A stretch of DNA of 64,000 bases, from assembly GCA_965230955.1 (NCBI GenBank), contig OZ246404.1:161184-225183 (forward strand), in the 5' to 3' direction. Origin of the DNA: an uncultured Candidatus Saccharibacteria bacterium (GTDB lineage: Bacteria; Patescibacteriota; CALEFQ01). Within the stretch, counting starts at the first letter, position 1. Each line of letters opens with the position of its first letter. The notes beneath the pieces are model-generated. The model did not search any database. It worked only from the letters and a program-made list of their open reading frames with translations, and was not told the DNA's origin. Of this stretch, positions 38,175 through 47,304 are shown in pieces. The translations under genes and the position numbers were made by a program.

Positions 38175-38705
38175 ATGCTCTCTAATCCCAAACAATCCGG
38201 CTTTACCCTCATCGAAGCGCTGGTATCGGTCGCGATTTTTGCCGTGGTGGTCTCGATGGCGGCGGTTTTGTTTTTGTCCACTTCCAATGCCCAGCGTAAG
38301 GCGACCAACCAGGAAAAAGTTATGCGCGAAGTGCGCCAGACGATGGAATCTATCTCCCGGCTGGTGCGAATGTCGGCGGTTGATTATGATCGATATGACG
38401 CGGAGGGCATGGAAATCAGCGGGGGACCATCGGTGCTCTACCTGATGAATAACAACGCGCCCGTCAGTTTTTCGCTGGTGGGAGGCCAGATTTTTTATGA
38501 GCGCGGCGGAGCCGGCGGCGTCATGACCGGGGAAGATATCGACGTTACAAACTTGCAATTTTTTATCGGGCCGGCGGATCCGGACACCAGTACCGATTGG
38601 CCGACCCAAGTAACGGTCTTGCTGACTACGGAGCGCGAAGGCGAGCGCGGTTCGGCTGATATTTTGAAAACTCAGACGACTATCGTGACCAGGCAATATG
38701 AATAA
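38175..38705 (+). CDS. Minor pilin (PilW/GspJ-like)
   Basis: SG|FTLIEALVSV; C-terminal QTTIVTR. Confidence 0.85.
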   Translation: MLSNPKQSGFTLIEALVSVAIFAVVVSMAAVLFLSTSNAQRKATNQEKVMREVRQTMESISRLVRMSAVDYDRYDAEGMEISGGPSVLYLMNNNAPVSFSLVGGQIFYERGGAGGVMTGEDIDVTNLQFFIGPADPDTSTDWPTQVTVLLTTEREGERGSADILKTQTTIVTRQYE

Positions 38706-39597
38706 GATAAAGTCAAAAAATAATCGGCGGGAACGAGGCATCACTTTGGTGCTGGCTTTACTGCTTACCGGCACCGTGACGGTGGCGGCTTTGATTGTCG
38801 CCGGCTTGCTGGTACGGGAGTTGCGTTTGACGGACAATATCCGCAAATCGTTGATCGCTTATTATGGAGCGGAATCCGGTTTGGAATCGGCGCTGTATGA
38901 CTATTATCACGGCGGTGTCGTGGAGACTCAATCCGGCGACGTGGGCAAGGTGGCCAGTTGGGAGATTAATTCCAATCCCAGCCAGACGGAAATGGCCGTC
39001 CCGCTGCCTTGGGAAACGACCAAAGAAATACCGTTGTATGATCTGGACGATTCCAGCTCGTTTAATGTTGCCGCAATTAATTTCAGTTGGCTAGAAAGTG
39101 TCTCAAAACCTATTGATCTGGAGTGGACGATCCTCACCCTGAGCCGGGATGGTACCGGTACCTGGCTGGAACCGGGTCCGCGCGGTTCGAAAATTACCAA
39201 GGATATTATCAATTGCCAGTTGGCGGTGGCCGATCAGACGACGATAAAGTTGTCTGATTATGACTTGGCTCCGGGTGATCAGCATATTTTGCGATTCAAG
39301 CATGTCAATGGGACGGGCAGCACGGTTGATTTCCGGATCACCATGACGGACGAAAAGGGAAATGAAATTGCTTTCAATCAGCAAACCGCTTTGAAAGTGA
39401 CCGGTACGGCGGGGGGAGTCGGGGGCGATGTCAGTCGGGCGCTGGAGGTGGCTATCCCGCTCAAGTCGCCGGCCTATGATGTTTTTGATTATGTTATTTT
39501 CAGCGATACTTATGTGGGAAAAGATTACAGCACTATGACTCCTTTCCCGTCTATTACTCCATTGCCGACGCCGACCGGGATCCGACCGAGACCGTGA
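38698..39597 (+). CDS. Minor pilin (PilX/GspK-like, no Glu5)
   Basis: RG|ITLVLALL; AYYGAESGLE.AL. Confidence 0.82.
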   Translation: MNKIKSKNNRRERGITLVLALLLTGTVTVAALIVAGLLVRELRLTDNIRKSLIAYYGAESGLESALYDYYHGGVVETQSGDVGKVASWEINSNPSQTEMAVPLPWETTKEIPLYDLDDSSSFNVAAINFSWLESVSKPIDLEWTILTLSRDGTGTWLEPGPRGSKITKDIINCQLAVADQTTIKLSDYDLAPGDQHILRFKHVNGTGSTVDFRITMTDEKGNEIAFNQQTALKVTGTAGGVGGDVSRALEVAIPLKSPAYDVFDYVIFSDTYVGKDYSTMTPFPSITPLPTPTGIRPRP

Positions 39598-39622
39598 AAT
39601 TGCTGATTAGGCATTGACATAT

Positions 39623-39666
39623 AAAAACAGGTGCGGCCTGCCGAATCGGCAGGCCGCACCTGTTTT
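39623..39666. terminator. Bidirectional terminator ending the pil operon
   Basis: aaaacaggtgcggcctgccga-a-tcggcaggccgcacctgtttt. Confidence 0.8.
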
Positions 39667-39676
39667 GGTATCGTGA

Positions 39677-40513
39677 TTATTCCGCCACGGTTTTCAGCGA
39701 GACATAGTGATTTTTGTACGTCTCGGGGTAGACATCGACTTTCAGGTAGTGATTGTCGGGATCGAGTCCGAATTGGGGGCTGGAGCCGCCGCCGCCCGTG
39801 ACGACCACGGGAATGCCGCTCAGTTCATAATTGAGATAGCCGTGAAAATGGCCGGTGTAAATCTGATTTACTTGGTAGCGCCGGAGGATTTCAATAAATT
39901 TATTGTTTTGGACGGTGGCGGTCTCGTTGGTTTCGGAAGAATCGCTCAGCGGCACATTGATGGGGACATGCATCACCAAAAACTTCAGTTTTTTATCGGT
40001 TTTTTTCAAGTCCGACTCCAGCCACGACAGTTCGGCATCGCTGAAACTGTTTTTTTCATCCGTGCTTTCAAATATAGTGATATGACTGTTTTGCCAGTCG
40101 AAAGATTCTTTGGTGGCGCCGAAGGTTTGAGTGAAAGCGGCGTCCGTTCGCTGGCCGGTTTTATCAACCACGTAATCATTATCGCCGATGGCGACATAAT
40201 ACGGTTTATCCAAATGCCGGTCGAGGTACTTTTTTGCCGCCTGCAGGTCGGTCAGGCTTTTGCCGTCGGTGATGTCGCCGGTGCTGATCAGAAAAGAGAT
40301 GTCGGGATTTCCCGCTTCGGCGACAATTTTTTCGAAAATCGGATTGATGGTGCCGTTATCGCCGTAAACGATAAAAGAAAACAACGGCTCGCCTTTGGGA
40401 GTGGCAGAGGCGGTCAAATTCGATAAATTTAAAACACTATCATCCTCGGTGCAAGCGCTGAAACCGAGCACGGTTATGAGCAAAAGTGTCAGTAGAAGAA
40501 GCTTTGATTTCAT
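39677..40513 (-). CDS. Calcineurin-like metallophosphoesterase lipoprotein
   Basis: Lipobox FSAC; GD, TGD, GDND, HVP and GHFH motifs. Confidence 0.85.
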   Translation of the reverse strand: MKSKLLLLTLLLITVLGFSACTEDDSVLNLSNLTASATPKGEPLFSFIVYGDNGTINPIFEKIVAEAGNPDISFLISTGDITDGKSLTDLQAAKKYLDRHLDKPYYVAIGDNDYVVDKTGQRTDAAFTQTFGATKESFDWQNSHITIFESTDEKNSFSDAELSWLESDLKKTDKKLKFLVMHVPINVPLSDSSETNETATVQNNKFIEILRRYQVNQIYTGHFHGYLNYELSGIPVVVTGGGGSSPQFGLDPDNHYLKVDVYPETYKNHYVSLKTVAE

Positions 40514-40531
40514 GGGGGGAATTGCTATAAT

Positions 40532-40615
40532 AAGTAACAGGTAACAAGGAACAAGGAACAAATAGGAAAAGATTCATTCCAATTTGTTACCTGTTACCTG
40601 TTACTTGTTACCTGT
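40532..40615. repeat. Empty GTAACAA-type inverted-repeat element
   Basis: agtaacaggtaacaaggaacaaggaacaaataggaa-aagattca-ttccaatttgttacctgttacctgttacttgttac. Confidence 0.85.
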
Positions 40616-40666
40616 CATCGTTACCGGGTACTTGCTATATTACCTGATCTCTCGGATTTTTCAACC

Positions 40667-42748
40667 ATGCCTAAATTAACTAAAACCGAAGCGTCCGAGC
40701 GTGTGGCGAAGTTACGGCGGGAAATCGATTATCACCGCTATCTTTATCATGTTTTGGATAAACAGGAGATTTCCGACGCGGCCAATGACTCGCTCAAAAA
40801 CGAATTGAAACGATTGGAAGAAGAGTTCCCCGATTTACTCACCCCTGATTCGCCGACGCAGAGAGTGGCCGGGACGGTTTCAAAGGGTTTCCAAAAAATA
40901 AAACATACCCAGCCGGTTTTGTCGCTGGAAGATACTTTTTCACTCGAGGAAGTAAAAGACTGGGAAACTCGGGTGAAGAAATTAGTGGGCGGGAAGCCGC
41001 TGTCTTATTTCGTGGAGTTAAAGTTAGACGGGCTGTCGGCTGTTTTGCGCTATGAAAAAGGAGTATTGGTTCGCGGATTGACCCGTGGCGACGGAAAATA
41101 CGGCGAGGACGTGACGCAGAATTTGAAAACGATCGAAAGCATTCCTCTTAAACTCGAAATCCGTAAAAACCAATATAATCTTCCCCGCAAGATACTTAAT
41201 CGCTGTCTGAGCGGGATTCTGGAAATTCGGGGAGAAGTCTTGATGACCAAAAGCCAACTCGCCATTCTGAACGCTCAACAAAAGAAAAAAGGCCTGCCGG
41301 AATTCGCTAATCCGCGCAACGTGGCGGCCGGCAGTATCCGTCAGCTAGATCCGAAAATCACTCGCTCGAGAAAACTCTGGTGTATCGTTTATCAGATTAT
41401 GAATGATGTCGGGCAGACTTCGCATGAGCAGACTCATCAGATTTTGGAAACTCTCGGTTTCCGCGTCAATAATTGGTCGCAGCCGTGCGCCGATCTCGAG
41501 GCGGTGGGTAAATACCTGGAAACTTGGGAAACCAAACGAAAAAAACTGCCGATCGATACCGACGGGATGGTGATAATCGTTGATGCGGTGGATTTGGCGC
41601 GGCGCATGGGCTCTGTCGGTAAAGCGGAACGCTGGATGGTGGCCTACAAGTTCAAGGCCGAGGAAGCGGTGACGGTCGTGGAAGATATCATCGTCCAAGT
41701 CGGCCGAACTGGCACGCTGACGCCGGTGGCGGTCTTGCGCCCGGTGCTGGTGGCCGGCTCGACGATTTCTCGCGCCACTTTGCATAATGCCGATCAGATC
41801 AAGAAACTTGATGTTCAAATCGGCGATACGGTGGTGATTCACAAGGCCGGGGACGTGATTCCGGAAGTGGTCAGTGTCATGAAACGCTTACGTCCGAAAA
41901 ACGCGGCTCCTTTCGTGATGCCGAAAAAATGTCCGGTTTGCGGCTCGGCGGTCAGCCGGTCCGGCGCGGAGGTGGCTTTTCGGTGCACCAATAAGAAATG
42001 CTTCGCCACTCAGCGGGAGCGCTTGATTCATTTTGTTTCCAAGAAAGGCTTTGATATTGACGGGGTCGGTCCGAAAGTTATCGACCAGCTGATCGCCAAT
42101 GAACTGATTCATGACGCCTCTGATCTTTTCGACCTGACGGTCGGCGATCTCCAGCCGCTGGATCGTTTTGCCGAGAAATCGGCGCAAAATATTGTGGCGG
42201 CGGTGCAAGCCGGCCGGACGGTCACTTTACCGCGGCTATTATTCGCGTTAGGGATTCGCTACGTCGGAGAAGAAAACGCGACATTGCTGGCGAATGCCTT
42301 GGTAAAAAAACAGCGCTCATTGGCGGATGTCTCGGCGGTTTTGTCGGATCTGCGGTCTTTCCGTATCGAGGACCTCAATCTGATCGAAGGCATCGGCGAA
42401 AAAGTGGCGCAAAGTATTTATGATTTTGTCCGCGACCCGGTTGAGGATAAATTTTTACGGCAGTTATCCGAGAAAAAAATAGCCGTCGCGCCTTATCGGA
42501 TCGTGGGGGAGACGGGGAAACTAAAAGGAAAAGTGTTTGTTTTGACCGGGGAGTTAAAATCACTGACTCGAGATGAAGCCAAGTCGGAGATCAAAAAACG
42601 CGGCGGTTCGGTCAGCGGGGCGGTGAGCCGGCAGACCGATTACGTGGTGGCGGGAGCGGAGCCGGGATCAAAATACGATAAGGCGAAAAAGTTCGGGATA
42701 AAAATACTTAATGAAGCCGGTTTTAAAAAATTATTGACCGATGGATGA
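40667..42748 (+). CDS. ligA: NAD-dependent DNA ligase
   Basis: ELKLDG, TRGDG..GEDVT, FANPRN.AAGS.RQLD, zinc finger, BRCT. Confidence 0.97.
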   Translation: MPKLTKTEASERVAKLRREIDYHRYLYHVLDKQEISDAANDSLKNELKRLEEEFPDLLTPDSPTQRVAGTVSKGFQKIKHTQPVLSLEDTFSLEEVKDWETRVKKLVGGKPLSYFVELKLDGLSAVLRYEKGVLVRGLTRGDGKYGEDVTQNLKTIESIPLKLEIRKNQYNLPRKILNRCLSGILEIRGEVLMTKSQLAILNAQQKKKGLPEFANPRNVAAGSIRQLDPKITRSRKLWCIVYQIMNDVGQTSHEQTHQILETLGFRVNNWSQPCADLEAVGKYLETWETKRKKLPIDTDGMVIIVDAVDLARRMGSVGKAERWMVAYKFKAEEAVTVVEDIIVQVGRTGTLTPVAVLRPVLVAGSTISRATLHNADQIKKLDVQIGDTVVIHKAGDVIPEVVSVMKRLRPKNAAPFVMPKKCPVCGSAVSRSGAEVAFRCTNKKCFATQRERLIHFVSKKGFDIDGVGPKVIDQLIANELIHDASDLFDLTVGDLQPLDRFAEKSAQNIVAAVQAGRTVTLPRLLFALGIRYVGEENATLLANALVKKQRSLADVSAVLSDLRSFRIEDLNLIEGIGEKVAQSIYDFVRDPVEDKFLRQLSEKKIAVAPYRIVGETGKLKGKVFVLTGELKSLTRDEAKSEIKKRGGSVSGAVSRQTDYVVAGAEPGSKYDKAKKFGIKILNEAGFKKLLTDG

Positions 42749-42977
42749 TTTTGCATTTCTAAAAAGCGTAATGGACTTACCGCCGCGTCGGCGCGAGCGG
42801 CTTTTGCGTCTATTTGCCCGGCATCCCGATTTGCAGATTTCAGCGGCCAAGCTTTTTGATGACAAGGTACGCCTGCAAAAAACCGATGAGCCGATGCTGT
42901 CCGAGAAAATACTCACGGCCGAGCGCGAGACGATCGATAATATCCTTAATCAAAAGGCGGACCATGGCGGAAAGTGA
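42741..42977 (+). CDS. Small hypothetical protein
   Basis: Overlaps the ligA stop and the next start, consistent with translational coupling. Confidence 0.5.
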   Translation: MDDFAFLKSVMDLPPRRRERLLRLFARHPDLQISAAKLFDDKVRLQKTDEPMLSEKILTAERETIDNILNQKADHGGK

Positions 42978-44478
42978 ATTTTCTCCGGATGAGCAAAACG
43001 AGCGGCGGGAAAACCCGCTCGGTGATTTAGCGCAAAAAGAAACGGCGTTGCAGTCGGAAATATCCGATTCTTTGGCGCGACCTGCCTGGGAGCGTGGTCC
43101 GAATAAGTCTCGCTGGGAAAAAGCGGTGGCTCTTTCCTCGATGTTGTTTTTATATGGTGTGACGACCGAAATGGCGTCGAATTATGTTGCGGCTCAAAGC
43201 GCCAACCAAATTGAGACAACCGTACCGGCCGATTCGAAATCAGCCGAGGAACGTCTGGTGCCCGAGCAACCGGCGATGAATCGGGAGCTTGATCCCGATA
43301 CCAAAACAGCGTTGGCGGCAATATTGTCTCACAATAATGGCGAACATCCGGGCTTGTTTGTGAAAATGATCAGTCCCGAGGCGGACTTTCTTGACTTGGA
43401 CACACGGCAATCTCATAGTTACGACAAGAAAGATTTGGCGAATATTTCAAGCCCCTTGGATTTGCCGGCGGAACAGTTAGACTCGGTTTCATTTTTTTTG
43501 AAATATGCCAAAGATCAATGGGAGGCGCAGAACACGGGTCAGACGCACGCCAACAGGGGCGAGGGAGAATCGGTGGTGGTAAATCGCGCGAAAGATAAGT
43601 ATAATAACACCTTGATCCGATCGTATCGCGTAAATGATGCCGACAATACCGTCAGCGAGTATATCAGTATTAATCCGCCGTTTCTGGGCGCTGAGCCGGA
43701 GCAGGCTCAGCCTCAGCCCTGGAATTTCGATTTGAGCCCCTTTGGCTTACCCGAGGTCAAAGGTCTGTTGGATATCCGTCCTTGGCCGAAGAATAGAAAA
43801 ATCGGGGAGTACGATTTATATACCCAGCAGCCCGGCAAGGAATTATCGGAAACCCAGCTTCAGTGGCTGACGGAAGTCGGTCGGGGACAAGAAGCGGCCG
43901 AAAAATTATTTGGCGCCAAAGCCGGGGAGCAGGTAAAGAATATGCTTCTGATTCATTCCGAGGAAAAACACGGCGAAGCGGAAGGATATTTGCTTGATGA
44001 TACGACTATATATTCCGACACTCTGATGGATACCGAAAATCGAAATGTTCAGCTGATCGGGGCGCATGAAGCTTTCCACGTTATCGGCAAAAACCTGGAA
44101 TTGAGCGATCAGGGAATCGAGAATGAAATCTCAAAATTTTACTACCAGGAAATGTTTACGGATTTTCTGCCCAAATTAAGTGAAAGCAATTTCGAAAAAG
44201 GGCTGGAGGAAACCGAATACGGTCACGCGCAAGATAATCCCGAGGAATTATTTGCCAGCCTGCTTAATTCGGTACGCAGTGAAAATTGGACGGAACGAAT
44301 GGCTCAGGCGGACCCGGAGTTTCGGCGTCGATATGTAGAGGCCTTGCAGGCCGTGACGCGCGATGTGAAGAAGTGCAAAAAAGTCAGTCCTTCCGCTCCG
44401 TTGCTGAAACTCTTGAAGCAAAGGATCTCGGCTCTGGCGCCCGCTTCGCCCAAACCGGCGGTTGCTCAGCCTCAATGA
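42964..44478 (+). CDS. Membrane-anchored putative zinc metallopeptidase
   Basis: Single hydrophobic segment; HEAFH (HExxH) and downstream HAQDNPEELFAS. Confidence 0.6.
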   Translation: MAESEFSPDEQNERRENPLGDLAQKETALQSEISDSLARPAWERGPNKSRWEKAVALSSMLFLYGVTTEMASNYVAAQSANQIETTVPADSKSAEERLVPEQPAMNRELDPDTKTALAAILSHNNGEHPGLFVKMISPEADFLDLDTRQSHSYDKKDLANISSPLDLPAEQLDSVSFFLKYAKDQWEAQNTGQTHANRGEGESVVVNRAKDKYNNTLIRSYRVNDADNTVSEYISINPPFLGAEPEQAQPQPWNFDLSPFGLPEVKGLLDIRPWPKNRKIGEYDLYTQQPGKELSETQLQWLTEVGRGQEAAEKLFGAKAGEQVKNMLLIHSEEKHGEAEGYLLDDTTIYSDTLMDTENRNVQLIGAHEAFHVIGKNLELSDQGIENEISKFYYQEMFTDFLPKLSESNFEKGLEETEYGHAQDNPEELFASLLNSVRSENWTERMAQADPEFRRRYVEALQAVTRDVKKCKKVSPSAPLLKLLKQRISALAPASPKPAVAQPQ

Positions 44479-44514
44479 TAGACCTCTCCCGATTATTGTG
44501 TTAAAATCACGTTG

Positions 44515-44814
44515 ATGACAAAAAAAACCCTTACCATTGCCGAAGTCGAACACGTCGCCAAGCTGGCTCGGATCGAGCTTAGTGAGAGCGAAAAGAAAAA
44601 GTTCCAGCAACAGATGGCGACGATTTTGGATTATATCGATAAAATAAACGAAGTCGATACCGAAAAGGTGGAGCCGACTTGGCAGGTGACCGGCCTGGAA
44701 AATGTCCAGCGTCCGGACAAAGCGCAGGTTTTTATGGAAAACGAACGTTTGATTGACGCGGCTCCCGATAGCCAGGACCAACAGATCAAGGTTAAGGCGG
44801 TTTTCAGTAAGTAA
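44515..44814 (+). CDS. gatC: Asp/Glu-tRNA amidotransferase subunit C
   Basis: VEHVAKLARIEL...ILDY...EVDT..VEPT. Confidence 0.93.
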   Translation: MTKKTLTIAEVEHVAKLARIELSESEKKKFQQQMATILDYIDKINEVDTEKVEPTWQVTGLENVQRPDKAQVFMENERLIDAAPDSQDQQIKVKAVFSK

Positions 44815-44815
44815 T

Positions 44816-44886
44816 AAGTCAAAAATCAAAAGTCAAAAGTTAAGGACGATTCACTTTTGACTTTTGACTTTTAACTTTTGACTTTT
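44816..44886. repeat. Empty GTCAAAA-type inverted-repeat element
   Basis: aagtcaaaaatcaaaagtcaaaagt...acttttgacttttgacttttaacttttgactttt|ATG. Confidence 0.85.
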
Positions 44887-45552
44887 ATGATTAAGGTTAC
44901 CGTCAAAGATTTGGAGCGCGATGACATCGCCATGACTTATATCAATCGCGCCAATGAATACTTGAATGTATTGGGTTTTACCAGCCACGGCTTGCGCCAC
45001 GTTAAACTGGCTTCGGATATCGCCCGCAATGTTCTGTTGCGCTTGGGCTATTCCGCCGACGAAGCGGAGCTGGCGGCGGTAGCGGCTTTTTTGCACGATA
45101 TCGGGAATGTCTGCGGCCGAGATCATCACGAACAATCCGGAGCGTTGATGGCCAAAGCGGTGCTTGATCGGATGGGTTTTGAAGCCAAATACACGGCGGA
45201 AGTGATGTTGGCGATTGGTAATCACGAAGAGCGCACCGGGGCGCCCGTCAGTTTGACCAGCGCGGCCGTGATTTTGGCGGATAAAACCGATGTGCATCGC
45301 AGTCGCGTGCAGACCAAAGATCCGCTGGATTTCGATATCCACGACAAAGTAAATTACGCCGTGACTAAATCATTTTTGGATGTCAATAAAGCCCAGCGTT
45401 CTATTTCTCTGGAACTGACGATCGATACCGAAGTGGCGGGGATTGTCGAGTACTTCGAAATCTTTTTGGATCGCATGAAAATGGCTCGAATGGCGGCTCA
45501 GTTTTTGAAAACCAAATTCGAGTTGGAGATCAACGGAACGAAGTTAATGTAA
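44887..45552 (+). CDS. HD-domain phosphohydrolase
   Basis: GFTSHGLRH, LHDIGN, IGNHEE, LADKTDVHRSRV. Confidence 0.9.
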   Translation: MIKVTVKDLERDDIAMTYINRANEYLNVLGFTSHGLRHVKLASDIARNVLLRLGYSADEAELAAVAAFLHDIGNVCGRDHHEQSGALMAKAVLDRMGFEAKYTAEVMLAIGNHEERTGAPVSLTSAAVILADKTDVHRSRVQTKDPLDFDIHDKVNYAVTKSFLDVNKAQRSISLELTIDTEVAGIVEYFEIFLDRMKMARMAAQFLKTKFELEINGTKLM

Positions 45553-45561
45553 TAATCTTTT

Positions 45562-45636
45562 GGCGCCAGCCGGGATATCATTTTCACACCTGGAATCCCT
45601 TCGGGAACGGTGTGAAAATGATATTCCGGCTGGGCC
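45562..45636. repeat. Long hairpin between the HD gene and gatA
   Basis: ccagccgggatatcattttcacacc ... ggtgtgaaaatgatattccggctgg. Confidence 0.7.
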
Positions 45637-45654
45637 TAACTGATGTGTTAAATA

Positions 45655-47154
45655 ATGTTGTTAAACGATCTGACAATTTACGAAGCGCACCAGCAGTTGC
45701 AAGAGGGGAAGATCAAATCGGTTGATTTGGCCAAAGCCTGTTTCGCGCGGGTGAAAGAAGTTGACGATCGCGTCAAAGCTTTTTTGACTTTGACGGAGCG
45801 CGAGGCGCTGGATCAAGCGCAGGCGATTGACGATACCATTTCCGCCGGAAAAGAAATCGGTTTGCTGGCCGGAATTCCGGTCGGGATCAAAGATTTGCTT
45901 TGCACTGAAGGGGTGAAGACCACTGCGGCTTCGAATATTTTGAGAGAATATATTCCGCCCTATGACGCGACGGCGGTAAAATTATTGAAAGAGGCCGGGG
46001 CGGTGCTGATCGGAAAAACCAATCTGGACGCTTTTGCTCACGGTTCATCGACCGAAACTTCCGATTTCGGCCCCACTCATAATCCTTGGGATCTGGAACG
46101 GATTCCCGGCGGTTCTTCCGGCGGTTCGGCGGCGGCGGTGGCGGCGGGGGAAGTTCCCTTTGCCATCGGCACCGAGACCGGGGGTTCGATTCGCCAGCCG
46201 GCTTCGCTTTGCGGAATCGTCGGCTGGAAACCGACTTATGGCCGAGTCAGCCGTTATGGCGTGATTTCGATGGGCTCGTCGCTGGACTGTGTCGGAGCTT
46301 TCGCGCGCCGGGTTGAGGACGCGGCGGCGGTAGCCAGTGTCATAGCCGGCATCGATCGCCTGGATTCCACCACTTCCAGCGTCCCGGTGCCCGATTACCC
46401 CGGCGAACTGAAGAAAGGATTATTGGGATTGCGCATCGGAGTGCCCGGGGAATTATTTCCGCCGGGAATTAATCCGGCGGTGGAGCGTTTGGTGCGGGAA
46501 GCGATTGAATTGCTGACTAAGCACGGCGCCAAAATTGTGCCGGTCAATTTGCCGGTGGCTAAATATGCCTCGGCGGTCTACGCCGTGATCTGTACTTCGG
46601 AGGTCTCCTCCAACCTGGCTCGCTATGACGGCATTCGCTATGGCTATTCGGTGATCAACGATAAAAAAGTCAAAGATCAGCCCAAGGATCTATATGAGGT
46701 TTACGCCAAATCTCGCGCGCACGGTTTTGGCGACGAAGCGAAGCGCCGGATTATGACCGGCACCTACGCTTTATCGGCGGGATATTACGACGCCTATTAT
46801 TTAAAGGCGGCCAAAGTACGAACTTTGATTCGAAAAGACTGGCAAAATGCTTTTCAGGATGTCGATTTGGTCGTCGGACCGGCCTCGCCTTCGGTGGCGC
46901 AAAAAATTGGGAAAGCGGCCGATGATCCGCTCTTTGGTTATTTGTCTGACGAATTGATCAATCCCAGTTCCGTGGCCGGGTTGCCGGGTATTTCCGTCCC
47001 GTGCGGGTTTGCTCCGGCGGAAGACGGCAAAACACAACTGCCGGTCGGTTTGCAGATCGTCGGAAATTATTTCTGCGAGGATCAGGTATTTCGCGCCGCC
47101 TTCGCGTATCAATCGGCGACGAAGTGGCATGAGGCCCGGCCGAAATTAGATTAG
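45655..47154 (+). CDS. gatA: Asp/Glu-tRNA amidotransferase subunit A
   Basis: [43 protein letters not shown]. Confidence 0.96.
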   Translation: MLLNDLTIYEAHQQLQEGKIKSVDLAKACFARVKEVDDRVKAFLTLTEREALDQAQAIDDTISAGKEIGLLAGIPVGIKDLLCTEGVKTTAASNILREYIPPYDATAVKLLKEAGAVLIGKTNLDAFAHGSSTETSDFGPTHNPWDLERIPGGSSGGSAAAVAAGEVPFAIGTETGGSIRQPASLCGIVGWKPTYGRVSRYGVISMGSSLDCVGAFARRVEDAAAVASVIAGIDRLDSTTSSVPVPDYPGELKKGLLGLRIGVPGELFPPGINPAVERLVREAIELLTKHGAKIVPVNLPVAKYASAVYAVICTSEVSSNLARYDGIRYGYSVINDKKVKDQPKDLYEVYAKSRAHGFGDEAKRRIMTGTYALSAGYYDAYYLKAAKVRTLIRKDWQNAFQDVDLVVGPASPSVAQKIGKAADDPLFGYLSDELINPSSVAGLPGISVPCGFAPAEDGKTQLPVGLQIVGNYFCEDQVFRAAFAYQSATKWHEARPKLD

Positions 47155-47304
47155 TTGCTCGCTCCCGCGTCCACGCCGGAGCTTGAATTACCGGCGGGGA
47201 CGGCCTGCCGGAGCTATATTCTATGCAACACCATCTTTGGTGTTTTTTTGATATTCGTTCCAAAATATGCTATAATTACAATAATCGTTTTAAAAAATAA
47301 AAAT

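Noticed and set aside
47155-47304. N-terminal extensions given in the ORF track (also 42814, 40561, 61300, 63137)
   Set aside because: Downstream ATGs give proper signal peptides or SD sites; the extensions run through hairpins, promoters or repeat elements.
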